Positions 31,551-46,869 of a stretch of DNA of 64,000 nucleotides are shown here, one piece after another (position 1 is the first letter of the stretch; every line of letters starts with the position of its first letter). The stretch lies in NCBI RefSeq assembly GCF_009914755.1, contig NC_060926.1; one strand, 5' to 3'. Under the pieces are notes generated by a model. That model did not search any database. It saw only the letters and a list, made by a program, of their open reading frames with translations, and was not told the DNA's origin. The stretch is from the human T2T-CHM13v2.0 reference genome, Homo sapiens. Made by a program: the position numbers and the translations under genes.

Positions 31551-31962
31551 CTCCAGGTCCAAACATCCGTATCTCAAGCCACAGGCTGCCAGACACTTCC
31601 TCTGGGTGAGAAACATTCCTGAACCTTGGGTAATCATCAAACCCTAGCAGAATTAAAGGTAATCAATTGCACTCCTGGAGCCACTGGACAAAGGCAGTGG
31701 GGGAACTGTTGTCAATGTGGGCAATTAAGTGATAATTATATTTTACTGAATTTCACAAATTTTGTAAGTTTTGTTCTCTGCTATTTATTTTCTAGCATTT
31801 AGAACAATGCCTGACACATAGCAGTGGCTCAATAAATATATACTAAATAAGTGAATATCTAAAGAGAAGGGTAATTATTCTCATGAATTCACCTTTAAAT
31901 AATAAAATAAATTATTGTAAAATATTTCTAGTAAATAATAATATCCCTATCTAGAATTGTTA

Positions 31963-32286
<324 letters not shown>

Positions 32287-32744
32287 GAAAATGAAAGGAA
32301 AAGGGGGAAGAGGGACTCCTCAATGATTTTAACCAGGAATATGATAAAACCTGGATGAAAAAAGGAATATATATGATATGAGAAAATTACTAAGTCTATT
32401 CTGCAGATAAAATTGGATATTTATTCTTTTTATTTTAACTAAATTCAAAAAAGTAAAAAGTATATTTAAAAAATCATATATTTCACTTTTTACCAAGCAG
32501 ATATTCAAGCTATCCCACTCACTCATTTATATATTGCCCATTACACTAACAAATTTGATACATTAGTATTTGACATAGAAATTGAAAAAGTATATTGACA
32601 TAGCTTCAATGAATTTGGAACAAGAAGTTGTTTGCTGAAAAATAATTCCACTTTTCAAGAATGAAATTGATTTTCAAGGAAAGTACCTTTTTGTAAAGTG
32701 CTGACTTCACCTTTTATTCCTGCAGTGCTAACATCCAATTTGCA

Positions 32745-33208
32745 TGTGCCGGGAGAGAAAATTCTTCATGGATCTCTGGTGCTCCTACACATCTCACTGG
32801 TAGGTCAAGAATACAAGACTCTGATCCCTTTATATCTGGGCCACTTCTCAGTGTTGGGTCTGCAACTAGCAACCTTCAGGATTGAGGTGATGTTGCCCTT
32901 CAAGACAAAGAGCAGGCATGCTTCCTATTTGCTGTAAAACTACAGATTCCCCAAGCTTAGGGTTCCTCTCCTGAACCCCACCTGCTGCAGTTGCATATAT
33001 CCATCTGGGTCCATCTGCATCACTCAGGGGGATTTGGGGCTGGGAGAATTGATGTGGCATGCTGACACTCTGGCTGCTGCTTTGCTATAATCAATCACCT
33101 CTGAGCCAGAGGTCAGGTGTCTTCTGCAATCATCCATGAAACTGTGATAAGTTAACATGTTAGCTTGAATGTAGGGTAAAATCTCAAACCCCTCACAGTT
33201 CTTGAGAG
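32745..33208 (+). mobile_element. ERVL-type solo LTR (LTR40-like)
   Basis: Ends gtagggtaaaatctcaaacccctcacagttcttgaga, resembling the recalled LTR40 3' terminus. Confidence 0.6.
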
Positions 33209-35217
33209 CATGACTTCATCTAAGAACAGGAATGTTCACAATTAGGAAACCCAGTGCACTCAAGGCACAACGAAGTGAATTTTCAAGAGGAAAATTCAGT
33301 GTTTCGGAGATAATTCATTATATAAACTGAACATAGCTTTTCACTAGTGTAAACAGAATTTTATTCTAGAAAAAACATTTTAAGGGATTTTGAAATTATA
33401 TTAATTTTAAAACTTCAGTTCTTTATTTAAACTAGGGCTATAAGTGTCAGGCTAAAAATTGGGTAAAGTGGTCAAATTTTTATAAAATTTGGAGGTTTTA
33501 CAATATAAATAAAAAAGAAAAATACCATTTATAAGCCACAAGAAGAGTTTTCTTCTTTGAGTAGATTTACACGACATAATTTCATCATTTATTTTACTTA
33601 ATAATATAGTATAAATAATATAGTTATTTTACTTAATAACATAGTAAAAAATTCATTTCAACAGTCATGATTAAACATCTACATTCCAAACTCCAGCTTC
33701 TATTTTTGCTGAGGTAGAAATATCCATCATCTTTCACACTGAGTTCTTAGATTTGGAGTCAGAAATTATTTCCTTGATGCTTTGAAAAGGGAGAAAGGAT
33801 TCTAACACTATTCTGAGTGCCACTTGTCTATAGAACCTGCTATAGTATGGATAAATCCCAGTGGAGCTTATTATAATTTGTATAGTTAGCATGCCATGGC
33901 TTTCAAATGATAAAATGGGGAATCTAGAAATCGAAAGTCTTTGTGATTATGAAACATAAATTCTCTACTCCAATCTGACCTGAATTACTGTATGAGTTTG
34001 AGAAAGTAACCACTCTCTTCTTCTTCTTCTTTTTTTTTTTAAAAAAAAGGCTTTTGCAGGAGATATTTCTTCTCTGTTAAAACCCAGAAAAATATCCCAG
34101 CAAAGTACAAAATAATGAGAGCAGAGAAAACAAAAGTAAGAGAATGGGAATGAAAGAGAGAAACTACATTTTGCAAGGCTGTAAACTATAGGGTTTGTAC
34201 TGGAAGCATTGCTTTATAGCAATATGTTTGATAATGGTTTTCCTTAGAAACAATATTAACTGACTTGTAGATGACTCACTCATTTTGAAGAATGAATATG
34301 CAGTTTAAATTTAAAAGTCTCTTATTCAAAAACAGAATTACTGAGGAGAAACTTAACTAGCACCTAACATCTAATTAGTTCAATAGCTCCAGTAATATGG
34401 TATATCTGTTTCCTCTCTTAAAGAAATCCCAAATGACAAATAATCTGACAATAAATCTTTCTTTAACATTTTACCACAATTTAGCAACTCTGTTTTGAAA
34501 TTTTACTATTTATTTTTTCAAAAAGTTTCTTATTAGTAAAGAAGTTCAAAATTAAGTCACTATTTTGATATACACCAGGACATTGTATTCAGGGTGTTGA
34601 TGTTGTGATTTTTAGATCACAATGTACCTAGGTTCCAGGGTTTCCTCATTCATTTCCTGCCACATTGTCCGTTTTGAAAACATCAGTGAAATTTAAGGTA
34701 TGAAACAATTCTAAAAACACCGTTTGAAGGTGTATATTACATTGGAAAAGGTAGAAAAAATTTTCAAATAAGATCACCAGCCTCTTACACTGAGCCGTAC
34801 TCAAGTGATGTGAACAGGTGAACATTGCCACTTAGCAGGAACCACCTGCTGCAATCAATGTCCAATGAATCAGAGAGGAGAAGCAGAGCACTCCTCCAAC
34901 TCAAGACCTGGAGATGGTCCACAGCCAGATTTCACTCTGGCTGACTTAAAAAGGCAAGACCAAGGTGGAACAATCAGGCTAAGGCACTGTTTCTAGCCTT
35001 ACGGCTTGTGTGCAAAAAGGCTTGCAATATTCATATGTATTTTACCTGGTAAATTAAAGAGGATGAATAAAAGGAGGCCTTCGGTAAAAATTTTAAGGTA
35101 TTTTTCAGCCTTGATACATTTATGATAATTCTCTTCCTCCATGGGAAACACTATAATGTGGGCACAAGTGTCCCCCCGAAACAGACCAGTGGCAGCTGTA
35201 AGATAAAACCCTCATGA

Positions 35218-35556
<339 letters not shown>

Positions 35557-35802
35557 AAAACCCTCACGAGGTTTGTTTGTTGTTTTTAAAGTCACCTTTT
35601 ACATGTGAAAACAGTCTTTCAGTTTTGAGAATCAAATAATGGCCATAATAGGAATATATGTTAAAAGCTCTCTTTGCTGCTATCAGTTTTGAAATTTTAC
35701 ATGGCGTTTTGACTTCTGTGATGTGCTCCAGTCAGTTGAAGTAATGGGTCTTTTACTGGTCTGCCTGATTACCGAAAATTATCAACTTGACCTCACACTG
35801 AC

Positions 35803-35997
35803 CTTGTTAGCACTGTTAAAAAATTCATTCGCCTTCTTTAACCAGGTATTCCTTTCCACCATGAGTTGACCAAATTCTTCTTGAAGCTGACTGAGTTTCT
35901 GGTGAGAGAGCTGGAGGTGTTCTTTCTCCACGTAGTCCTTTGACAGCAGAATTCTCAGTGCCTCACTCTTCAGCTTCTCAACAGCAGAATTCCATTC
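35803..35997 (-). CDS. CCDC141: CCDC141 coding exon (probably exon 7), 195 nt, phase 0/0
   Basis: ttgcAG|GAATGG...AACAAG|GTCAGT. Translates [22 protein letters not shown]...[18 protein letters not shown] (inside ORF 35782..36003). Confidence 0.93.
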
Positions 35998-36035
35998 CTG
36001 CAAGAGATTATTCTTATTATTTTATACATCTCCTC

Positions 36036-36361
36036 TGTTATGGACCGAATGCTTGTGTACCCCCGAAATTCCTCTGCTGAAATCTAACCCCCAAGGTGAT
36101 GATATTAGGAAGTAGGGCTTTGGGAGATGATTAGTGACCTTATGAAAGAGGCCTGAGAGGGCTGCCTTGCCCCTTCCACCATGTGAGGATACAGTAAGTT
36201 GGCAGTCTGCAACCCAGAAGAGGGTTTTCACCACAACTCTACCGTGCTGGCACCCTGATCTCAAACTTCTCACACCCAGGACAATGAGACATAAATATCT
36301 ATTGTATACAAGCCATTCAGTCTATGTTACTTTGTTATAGAAACTCAAACTGACAAAGACA
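36036..36361 (+). mobile_element. MaLR solo LTR (MLT1A-like)
   Basis: tgttatggaccgaatg...tttgttatagaaactcaaactgacaaagaca, with cctc on both flanks. Confidence 0.85.
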
Positions 36362-36835
36362 CCTCTTTTTATAATTTCTGATAAGATTCAGAGAATATTT
36401 AGATATGCTGAGTATATCAAAAATCTGCCATTCGATTTTCAAATCATGAAATTGTAGTAAATATTGTAGTGGTAAATGCTTCACTACAGGTTTGAGTACC
36501 ATGTAGATGTAGTGGGAAAAGACACAGAAAGAGGCTAAAAAGGGAGAGTAGAAAGAGGCAGGAAGTTGGGATGAGTGACTGGCAGAGCTACCAGCTGACC
36601 TGAATACAGATCACTTCCATTTCTGTGAACTCCACCTAAAAATATACCCCCTATACAATGAACAACAGTTTTAAATCTTGAACTCATTTTGTCCGATGTG
36701 TATTCATTTAAGTATAAAAACATATCTTTCCCACAATTCAGTCTCACTGTCAATGCAGGTAAATGTGTACAAGAAATGAAGAGAAATCACATGTCTTATG
36801 ACTGTTGTTTTTGTGTCTGCCTACAATTACAGCTA

Positions 36836-36900
36836 TTAGGTTGGTACAAAGGTAATTGTGGTTTTTGCCATTAAAAGTAATTACCTTTGCACCAACCTAA
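36836..36900. mobile_element. MADE1 (Hsmar1 MITE), internally deleted
   Basis: TIRs ttaggttggtacaaaggtaatt / aattacctttgcaccaacctaa with TA on both sides; 65 bp versus the ~80-bp consensus. Confidence 0.92.
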
Positions 36901-37530
36901 TAAAATGAAGTTCTGTTACTCCTCATAAAATGAATAGCTGTTATTGTTCGGTATTTTCTCCTTCATGATATCGGTTTCACCTCTCAAGGCTTCACTCTTA
37001 ATGGTATATAGACCTTTCAGAAAATGAAAAGAGGTAGCTTTTTACTTTTTGTTGCATGAGAATGGAAAAACATTAAACAGAATTAAAATATGAGTTGGAG
37101 TAAACCAAACATATTTACATTCAATTTATTTGAAGGGAAATTCAAGTTTCTTGCAAAAGTCCTGAAGTCAGACCCACTGTCATAAAAGAATGATTATCTC
37201 TAACATGACTGTCTTGTTAGTGAATCTTCTGGTATCCATATAAGCTGCGGTTGAGTGATAGGCATAGGCTACTTGTGAAGCGTGGAAAATTTAGCACAAG
37301 ATTTCAGAAGTCTCAGTCTGACTCCATCCTGCCTTGTTCTACCAGTACAAAGTATCCTATTATTAAGTTACATTTGTTATATTACATTGTGTAAAATCAG
37401 CACAATTTTAGTGCAATTTGCCATTATTGTTTCCATTCATTCATTTTACAAAGTAACTACTATGGTACTACTATGTCCCCAGCACTATGCTAAGACAGAT
37501 GCCTTGGGGAATATAAAGAAAGAATAAAAT

Positions 37531-37782
37531 GGCTTGTGTGGTGGCTCACGTTTGTAATCCCAGCACTTTGGGAGGCCAAGGCAAGCAGATGGCATGAGCC
37601 CAGGAGTTTGAGACCAGCCTGGGCAACATGGCAAAATCCTGTCTCTACAAAAAATGCAAAAAATTAGCTGGGCATAGTGGCGCATGCTTGTAGTTCCAGC
37701 TACTCGGTGGGGCTGAGGTAGGAGGATCGCTTGAGACCAGGAAGTCGAGGCTGCAGTGAATTGTGATCATGTCACTGAACTC

Positions 37783-37784
<2 letters not shown>
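37531..37784 (+). mobile_element. AluJ lacking its 3' end, abutting (CA)n at 37786-37817
   Basis: Alu sequence stops at actgaactcca and runs directly into the CA repeat. Confidence 0.92.
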
Positions 37785-37819
<35 letters not shown>

Positions 37820-39049
37820 AATACAATAGTATTTTAAATAACAATTAGCAGATGTTAAGATAGAAACTGTACATATTATTTTGTGGTGTCCATGGAAACT
37901 GTTATAGTTTTAGGTGCAAAAGAAAAACATTTTGATCAATGAATACAGGAGTATAAAATGTAGAGTAAGAAATTTGAATTATTTGAAGTATCAGTTATAT
38001 AAAATTGTGGCTTATAACTATAATCCTCAAAAACCCTTAAATTAGATATTATTATTTTTTCTAGTATTGACATAGGTTCAGAAGAGTATGCTACTCAAGG
38101 TTACGTATCCAGTAAGAGGCAGTACCAGGACTAGTTCACAGGTCTTTGTCTCATGCTACCTTCCAGGGAACTGAGGATAGACTCCAAAATCTGCAATTTC
38201 TCAGTGCATGCAAAAGCAGCACTCTTAAGCATGGATATGGGCTACGTGAGTTCTCAAGATCTTTCAATTTTTAAAGAGCTATTGTGTCCCCACTTAAGGA
38301 AAACTAATATGTGCCAAGATGTTCTTTCATAAAGCACTTTTATTACCGTTACCACTTAAAAACCATTACTTTAACCTACTGGGAATGAGCAAATATTTTT
38401 AAAACAGTACAATTTCTGGCACACATAATAGGCACTCACTAAGTGTTAGTCCCACTTTTCTGAGCATCAGTTTTGGTTCATTAGCTCTCCAAATGTGTTC
38501 TTTATTTATGGGTATTCCCATTACCCACTTGTAAAATAATGGCAGTGAAATATTTCCCAAAATGTTATTGATTAGTGTTAAGTATTGAACAGTCTTATGA
38601 GATGAAACAAAGTAAAACAGGTTTTTTTTTGTGGTTTTCGTTTGTTTTTGTTTTTTTTTACTGCAGTACTTCTTGGCATCTTTAATGTATTAATGTGCAT
38701 TGAGACTCTCCTAGAGGAAAGTGTGGTGTGGAATATTTTGGGCAAACTCTTTTGATTAATAAACTGTTTGTAGTCATCTCAGGGGACCAATGCTCCAGTT
38801 GGAACAATGTTGGGGAAAAACGTTCTATAGCTAAGAGCAGCTGAATCACCAACTGGGTTCACCAGCTCCCACAAGTCTTTCTGTTTCGTTCTTTGTTTTG
38901 TCCCTGTTCTCCAGCTCCTCTGTTAGTTCATTTCCTCTCTTTGTACCATCCTTTCTTCTTCTGTCTGTTCAGATCTGTGGGGCATTAATACTCAAACTCA
39001 GGTGGAGAAATAATGTGTAAAGATGCAGAATAAAGCAGGTAATTCTTTA

Positions 39050-39620
39050 AAAAGATTTGGCATTGATCAGAACTTTCTGTGCGATTAGGGGAGACTACTT
39101 AATGAATATGGAGAAGCTGGGGAGGGCCTAGAAAAACAGGGGCAAGGAAAATGCAGAAGTTAGGATATGAAGAAATGAAATATAGCCATTGCGTGCTCAG
39201 TCTAACAACACTAAGCTCTAGGATGTTGTCTTAACTGTCTGCAAGATGGTAAGGGTTGATTTTTCTTTCTGTATGTTAGTGGTGTGCTAAATGCTTTACA
39301 TGCATTATGTCATTTAATTTTTATCATATCCTTATGAGGTAGGAACTGTTATTATCTTCATTTTACAGATGGAGTAACTGGGGCCAAGGGAGATTACCAA
39401 CTTGCCCAAGATGTCAACATTAGTAAGAGAAAGAGCCAAATTTCAAACTCAGGTAGTTTGACTCTACAATCTGCTATCTCAACCAGATTTCCAGCCCAGC
39501 TCTTCTCAGTCTTGACACACTGTTTTTCTCATCAAAGAATGATTAACCATATTATTTTGGAATTGCCTAGGTAAAACTTCCACATGGCCTGGACAAGACC
39601 TCGGAGGTGATAAAAATCTT
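39050..39620 (+). mobile_element. CR1/L3 remnant interrupted by a MIR (about 39280-39480)
   Basis: Degenerate L3-like motifs (aagctggggagggcctagaaaa; cttaactgtctgcaag) around a clear MIR core (cttcattttacagatggagtaactggg). Confidence 0.5.
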
Positions 39621-40007
39621 GTATGACCCTGGGATTCTCAGATTTGAAATCAGAAGGCTCGCTATTTCAGAATAAACACAAAGCTAATATAGATATAGTT
39701 GAAAATTTACAGCCCAAACTTAGACTTAGTTTTGCTTAGCAACTGGACCAAAATAATAAACAAGAAGAGAAATACCTGTTCTCCAGCGATTTCATAAATC
39801 TGCCTTCAGTATAAATTTTGCAGACAACATTAAAGAAAGACCTTTGGAGTAGAGCCAAGCCTTTGAAAACCCACTTTAACCTTGTGCTTGGCACTGTGCT
39901 ATAAAAAGTTTACTGTGACCTTCCAAAGAAACTGTAAGGGGCCATTTTGTGGCTCTTATCTTTTTTTGTTCTCCATCCCCAGTCTTCTTAATTACATTTT
40001 CACATGA

Positions 40008-40491
<484 letters not shown>

Positions 40492-43400
40492 CCACCAGTT
40501 TATTTTTAAGATGAAACTTTCCAGAGCAATTTGAATCCATCACACTATTTAAAAAATATAGTTGTCACCCTTGTCAAGGCTAGAGGAGCCCAATGGAGAA
40601 AATCTCGTTCTGTTTTCTCTAAGCCGTTGCTGCCTGCCTGCGAAGTGTTAAACTTCTAACAGGGTCTCAGTCACTTTGCAATAAAATATTTCCAGTACTT
40701 GTCCCCACCAGCAGAAAGCCAAAGCCTTCCATTTCCTTGGCTTTTCAATTTGACAGAGATGCGTGCGTATCTCCGACCCGATACAGACGTGAGGCCCTGT
40801 GTGTTTCCAGGTTTGTGGTGTCTCCATAGGTCACTCCGTTATTTTCATTTTTCACTCACAGTAGGAACCTTTTTAACTGTACCTTTCAGTATTCCATTTC
40901 CTGAGGAAATTGAGCTTTTCTTGGATCCCTTGATTGAAAGGGTACTTTTAAGAGGATTAGTGCTGACAGACAAGAAGGCGAAAAAGATTTCTTCTTTCCT
41001 TCCCCCCACTGCTAGTCCTAGCTTAGCTCTTTAAATGAAGTTATGAACTGGCATAACAATTATCCAGCAAGCAGATCCAAAAAGTAAGAATGTTAGCTGC
41101 TCCAACTGAAAAGAAAAAATAATAATAACTACAGTATGTTTAGTAAGCTTTTGCTCACACAAAAACTTCCCTGTGTATGAGGGGATTTTAACCATTCAAC
41201 ATCAGGTGGTAAATTTTCGTTATAAGCTTGACTTCAGAATATAAGTTTTAAGTGGGGGAAAGGTGGACCAAAAAACAATTGGGAATATATTTGAAAACTA
41301 CTAAAAAATATTAACTGTGGAGATTACTGGCCAAAATCAAATCTGGGAGAAGCATGTGTTGAGTTCATGTATAGTTCCCAAAGCATGGCTGATTCCTAGA
41401 CCATCTCATTAGACATAGCCTATTTCTTGTTTAACCCTCAAGTCTACAGTTCCATTCAGAACAACTAGAATTAACTCATTGACACAAAATCATAGAATTT
41501 TACATGATTGTATTAACAGATGGTAAAACAAACCTGGCAATTTTAATCATAGAATATTTGAAAGTCTGCTTAAGATTTTTTTTTTTTACAGAAATGTTTA
41601 TGCTTTTGAAGAGTGGCATTGAGCCCTTTAGAAGTTGAAACTCTGATTATGTCAAGTTGGATTATAAATTGGGTGGTAGTCTCTTCTCATGCTCCCTTCA
41701 GGGGCATTTCTATGCTGACCTATACAAATGTCAGGGTCATTCTGGAGAGAAGTGTCTTGCCTCAGTCTCCCATGCTTGCTGAGTTCAGTGTCTACACGCC
41801 ATTTAAACTTCACCCTCACTATGATGCAGTCCAGCAAAGGCACAGATTGCAAACAGGAAGAACTGTGATTTAGCATTTCACCTAGAGATGAAAGAAGTGT
41901 GCTGTTTCACCTCCCAGACATATGGTAGAAAATCATTGCGACTGAACCAGGGAGAGCTTGTGGGTAAGAGCAAAGAACTCCAGCTAGAGTGGTACACTTT
42001 TTATTCCAAGCTTGTTAAGTAGCTTCAGGAAGAAGATTTTGCTTTTTGAGCCTTGCTTTTACTTCAGTGCAATGACAGTCACCACCAGTTGGTACATTTC
42101 TGCTTCTCTAGTGACTCATCTGTTAATTCAGTGACAAATTAGCTGTGCTTCAAGTTCCTGGATTTCATGCCCTCCTAAAATGTGGGATACTGGCTGTTTG
42201 ATCCAGAAATCAACCTTACCAGAATTGGAATTGCAAGTCTATAATAGAAGTGACAGATATCACCAAATTAATTTCTGAGTATTAGCTGCTGCTTTCTTAT
42301 CTTAGTTCATTTAGATATTTTAGTGTTAGATATTTAGTTCGTTTATTTTAGTTCATTCAGATATTTTTAAAGTTGCAGGAAAATAGCCTATGACTTGGAA
42401 ATCTCTTGTTTCCCTTATTCTCTTCGGTGTTTGGCCACTGAGTGGACCCACTAAGCAGCACTTTAGCAGCGTGAAGCACAGGGTGCTTGTTGCTAATAAA
42501 TACTGAAGCAAATGGCTATGTGGCAAAATACAATTTGAAAATGAAATCACAACACACTGTGCTCATAAACAAATCTTCAAAATAGTGATTGGAGCACAAA
42601 TGCATTTCTTCTTTCTTCCTTGGTTCAACATAGATGAAAATTTAATTACACAGGAATTCTGGGGAAAATATTCCCAAGATTTGTGTATTCCAAGAACCAT
42701 TTTCTTCTTTAGTGTCTTGTCCCTGTTTTTCTTAGATTTCTTGTTCCTATTAATCACGTTTTCTTCTAGTTAAGTAACAGAGCCTGGTTGGTGTTTCCAT
42801 TTTAAATTAAATTTAATAAAAGTCTAGCTGGCCAAAATACTTGCATCTAACACAATTTGCCTACAATCAGATTGTGCCATGGACTGACCAGGTGGTCCTA
42901 GTTTATCTTAATGTTCTCGGAGGACTTACTTTTTCATTGTCTACACAATCCATTGAGATCCATTTCAGGATCTCAACACATCTAACTCAGCTACAGGGGA
43001 AATTATTAGGTTGTGATGTTTACCTTTTGTGGTGATTTCCCTAAATGAAATAGGCTAACTTAATAGAAGGGAGGGTCTGTTTATGTTTTATCCACAATAA
43101 ACCTCAAATATAGACTTTTTTAAAAAGGCTCTTAAATCTGATTGGCTGTTATTATCTCCTGGGAAAGTTTTAAAAACACATATTTCCAGGCTCACCCCCT
43201 ATCCACTGAATCATAATTTATATTGGTAGGGTGAAAAAAATAAGGATTTAAAAAAAAATCTGAAGCATTTTATTTGCAATCAGGGACAAGGAAATGACAC
43301 TTACAATCAGACAAATTTTGGAACCACTGATCCAGAATATTCTAAGGTATTTAATGAATAGGTAATATTTGATTTAGAATAATTGATATATAATTATACC

Positions 43401-43774
43401 AAAAATTGGAAGATAGATTCTATAAAAATAGTAGTTTAAACCTTAAAACTTTCAACTAACTTGACTCTGAAAATTACATTATTGGATTAATGACTTCTAA
43501 ATCTAAAATTTAACTTTAGTTTTACAAATTACTTCATTCACTCAATAAGTATTGAGCTAGCCTGTGGAAGATAGAATGACAAATAAACAAAATCCTCACC
43601 CTTAGGCGCCTTGAATGATTGTTACACCAATCCATCAGGAGTTTAAACAGCCCTGTGCAATATTGGATATCATTAGTCTTAATTCATAAAGATGAAACTG
43701 ACGCATTTCTTCCTACTTTCTTCATTCACATCATTGTCTCAACAAAGGTGCCACTAATTTAAAAGGGAAAAGGA

Positions 43775-44030
43775 TCCAAAAGTACAGCTGGATATAAAGA
43801 ACAAGTTCTAATGTTCTATAACACTGTAGGATGACCATAATATATATTTTCAAATAGCTAGAAGAAAGGATATTGGATGTTCCCAACACAGAGAAATGAT
43901 AAATGTTTGAGATGATGGATTTGTAATTAGCCCAATCTGATATACATACATATGTTATATGCATTGGAACATCACTATGTACCCCATAAATATGTACAAT
44001 TATTATGTGTCACTTTAAAGAAAAAAGCTA
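43775..44030 (+). mobile_element. L1MA-type 3' end fragment
   Basis: caacacagagaaatgataaatgtttgagatgatgg...gtaccccataaatatgtacaattatt. Confidence 0.85.
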
Positions 44031-46869
44031 AGAAAAGGTAAAAAATATGATCAGGTTTTTCTTTCCCAAAATTGTCTATATGCCCATGTGGTTATTTTTA
44101 CCTTCCTTGTAAAATTTGTGTAACTATATTTATAATAGCTATGTACTCTATTATAGGAAAAATCCTTACCTCTAATGGTATGGAAGAAATCACTTGTCTT
44201 CTAACAAAATTCACTGAAAGCTAGAATTTTTTCAACTCATCTTTTTGCAGGCTCTGGTTTTCAGCTCACCACTAAGTATATGCACAGGACTCTCATTCTA
44301 TACTCAATAATCTGTGAACCAGCTGCAAATGATACTGGGATGGGCATTCCATAACTCTCCTACACTGAATGTGGAACCATCTAAAAAGCATTATTCAGCA
44401 CCTTTTATGAACACAAGCTCAAACAGGAAGCAAAACGAGTGTGTAGCAGAAAGTGAAATCAGTTTCTGCTTTGGGGTATCTGAGAAGCCGTCTTATTGGG
44501 TCTTAAATACGTGCAGGGATTTCAGCTGGTGAGCGTAGAGGTGGGCCTGGGGAGAGAGCAAGGATGACACACCATGTCCCAAGCAGGAGAGACAGCTCGA
44601 GCCAGAGCACTGAAGCAAGGGGGTCGGTGTTATCAAGAGAATGTGGAGGACGATTCTGGATCATAGAGCAATGGAGCTAATGGTGTCTGGAGAATTAATA
44701 AGAGTTTCCTATAGGAAGCAATATCTGAGCTGAGACCTCAAACAAGCTGTGGGAGTTATCCAGGCAAAAAAGGAGTGGAGGTGGGGTGGGGAGTGAAGGG
44801 TGACAGAAAAATGAGTTATTAAGAATGAAAAGAGATATAAAGTGAATAGGAGATAGAACCAGTGAGATCTAGAATAGGATCCATTTCTCCCAGAAATGAG
44901 GAGAAAGAGAAGTAAAAGAGAGAAGCAACGAAGAGACAAAAAGTCTGGGCACCGAAGAAAAGAACAAGCAATTTCACTCTGTGTGACTAGGCGACTTTGA
45001 GGTTAGTTAAAGCCTGGCTCCATAGTGGTTGAGAATTTTAAAAGAGCACGAAGGTTTTGGACTAGTTGTTATGGGGAATGGAGCAGGGAATTAACAGATG
45101 ATAAATAAAGGGATTTGTAAGGCTAACTGGTAACAGATAAATTACATTTTAAATAGAACCAATCAGAATAATTATGCTAATTGTTTCAGAATTAGGAAGA
45201 AACAGAGAAACCGGGTGACTGAGTTTACTCACAACAGTCCTGGTGGTCCACGCTGAGTAGCACAAGGACAGAGGCCAGGAAAAGACAGAAGGCAGGGAGG
45301 TTGTGATGAGTGCAGTTTTGGGTGATGTCATAAAACAAAGTGTGGTGGCCACAGGAGTGGGAAGCTGAAGCTAGCTGAAAATAGGCCTTTGGAGTAAAGA
45401 AGGTCAAGGACAGCGAAGGCTAGGGCATTAAATAAGTCACTAAATGGCTAAATTAGCACAGGAAGGTTGTAGGCGGTTCACAGATTGACTGTGTTAAGGT
45501 ATAAGAAGTCCTCTCAGGTGTTCACTTAAAGTGGATTCAATTTCACTCTTATTATCATGATAGCAAAATACCATGCAATATAATAGTATTAACTGTAAAA
45601 AGCCATGCTTTCCGGGACATTTTATTTAAGGGCTGACAAATGCCAGGAAAAAAAAAGATATATGAGGAATTTTTGTAAAAGTCAAAACTAAAAATACTTT
45701 TCTAAGCATTTAAACTTAACGAGCTGGTAAAGATTCTGTAAGCAAAATAACAGCAGGTAGTTTTAAACCTCATGATCATAGATCATAGAGCACAATGTTC
45801 TTTATTTGCTTTCTTAACTCAGCCCTTTCTTAGATGGGCAAAAACATTTTGGAGGGACTTTCTAAATTCAGCTTTCCCTTGGAAATTAAAACACAGGGTT
45901 CACTAAGCTTTAAATTGAGCTGCAAATTAAGGCTAGAATAGGGTTACCAATATGAAAACCCCATCATTATGTGGACATTCCCAATGCTTGCTGGCAAATT
46001 CAATACTATTTGTATATATTTTGCATGTTAGTAATAAAATGATTTCTAATTTATGTTCTGTGAAAAATGACATCTGCTTTTACCTGGAAAGTTCATTAAA
46101 GAATCAGACAAGTAAAACAAATTATTCACTAAAATGAAGACAGGGGAATTGAAATGCTCTGATGCAGGTGTCTTACTCTTTGGAGAACTCATTTAATTTC
46201 TGCCTTGAGACATTTCAGATTCAGACCCCACTTTATTTTTTAAATTAGATGAAACATTATAAAACAGACTCTCTTTCATTTTATTGATTTTCTTTGTAAT
46301 CATCAGATATGTGAGCTGATTTACTGAAGCAATATATTTTATAGTGATTTTACAATTTTTTCACATACCTTTGGTGAAGGAATTTGGGGAGGTAATGAAA
46401 GTTCAAATAGCAGAAGCGTCTGCTTTTTTATACAGGTTAATAAATGCAGCAATGAGAAGAAAATTGTTCAACAATGCCTGTGAAACACTTGGAAAATATG
46501 TGGATATCCTGGACACTATGATTATACAAACTCTGGATATTGCTACATACCTCTTTAACTACCCACGAGACGTATAAGTAGCTCCTTTTTTAATAAATAT
46601 AAGTGCTACTTCTGAGGAAATATTCCTATTTTTGAAGATAAACAGAACATTTAAATACTTGTCTTTTGATCTTCAATTACCTCAGTAATGTATCTAGGAC
46701 TAAATACAAACAACAACAAAAAAATTAAGTTGTAAGCTTGGTCAAACATGTCCACACCTTAAGAGACTCAAAGATTTATTTTGACTTATATCTTCTGAGT
46801 TTTAACAATGACCCAGTATTCTGACTCTATCACTTACACTCTCTTTCATTGTGCAATTATTTCCCTCAT

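Noticed and set aside
34010-34028. T11-A8 palindrome
   Set aside because: Low-complexity homopolymer junction.
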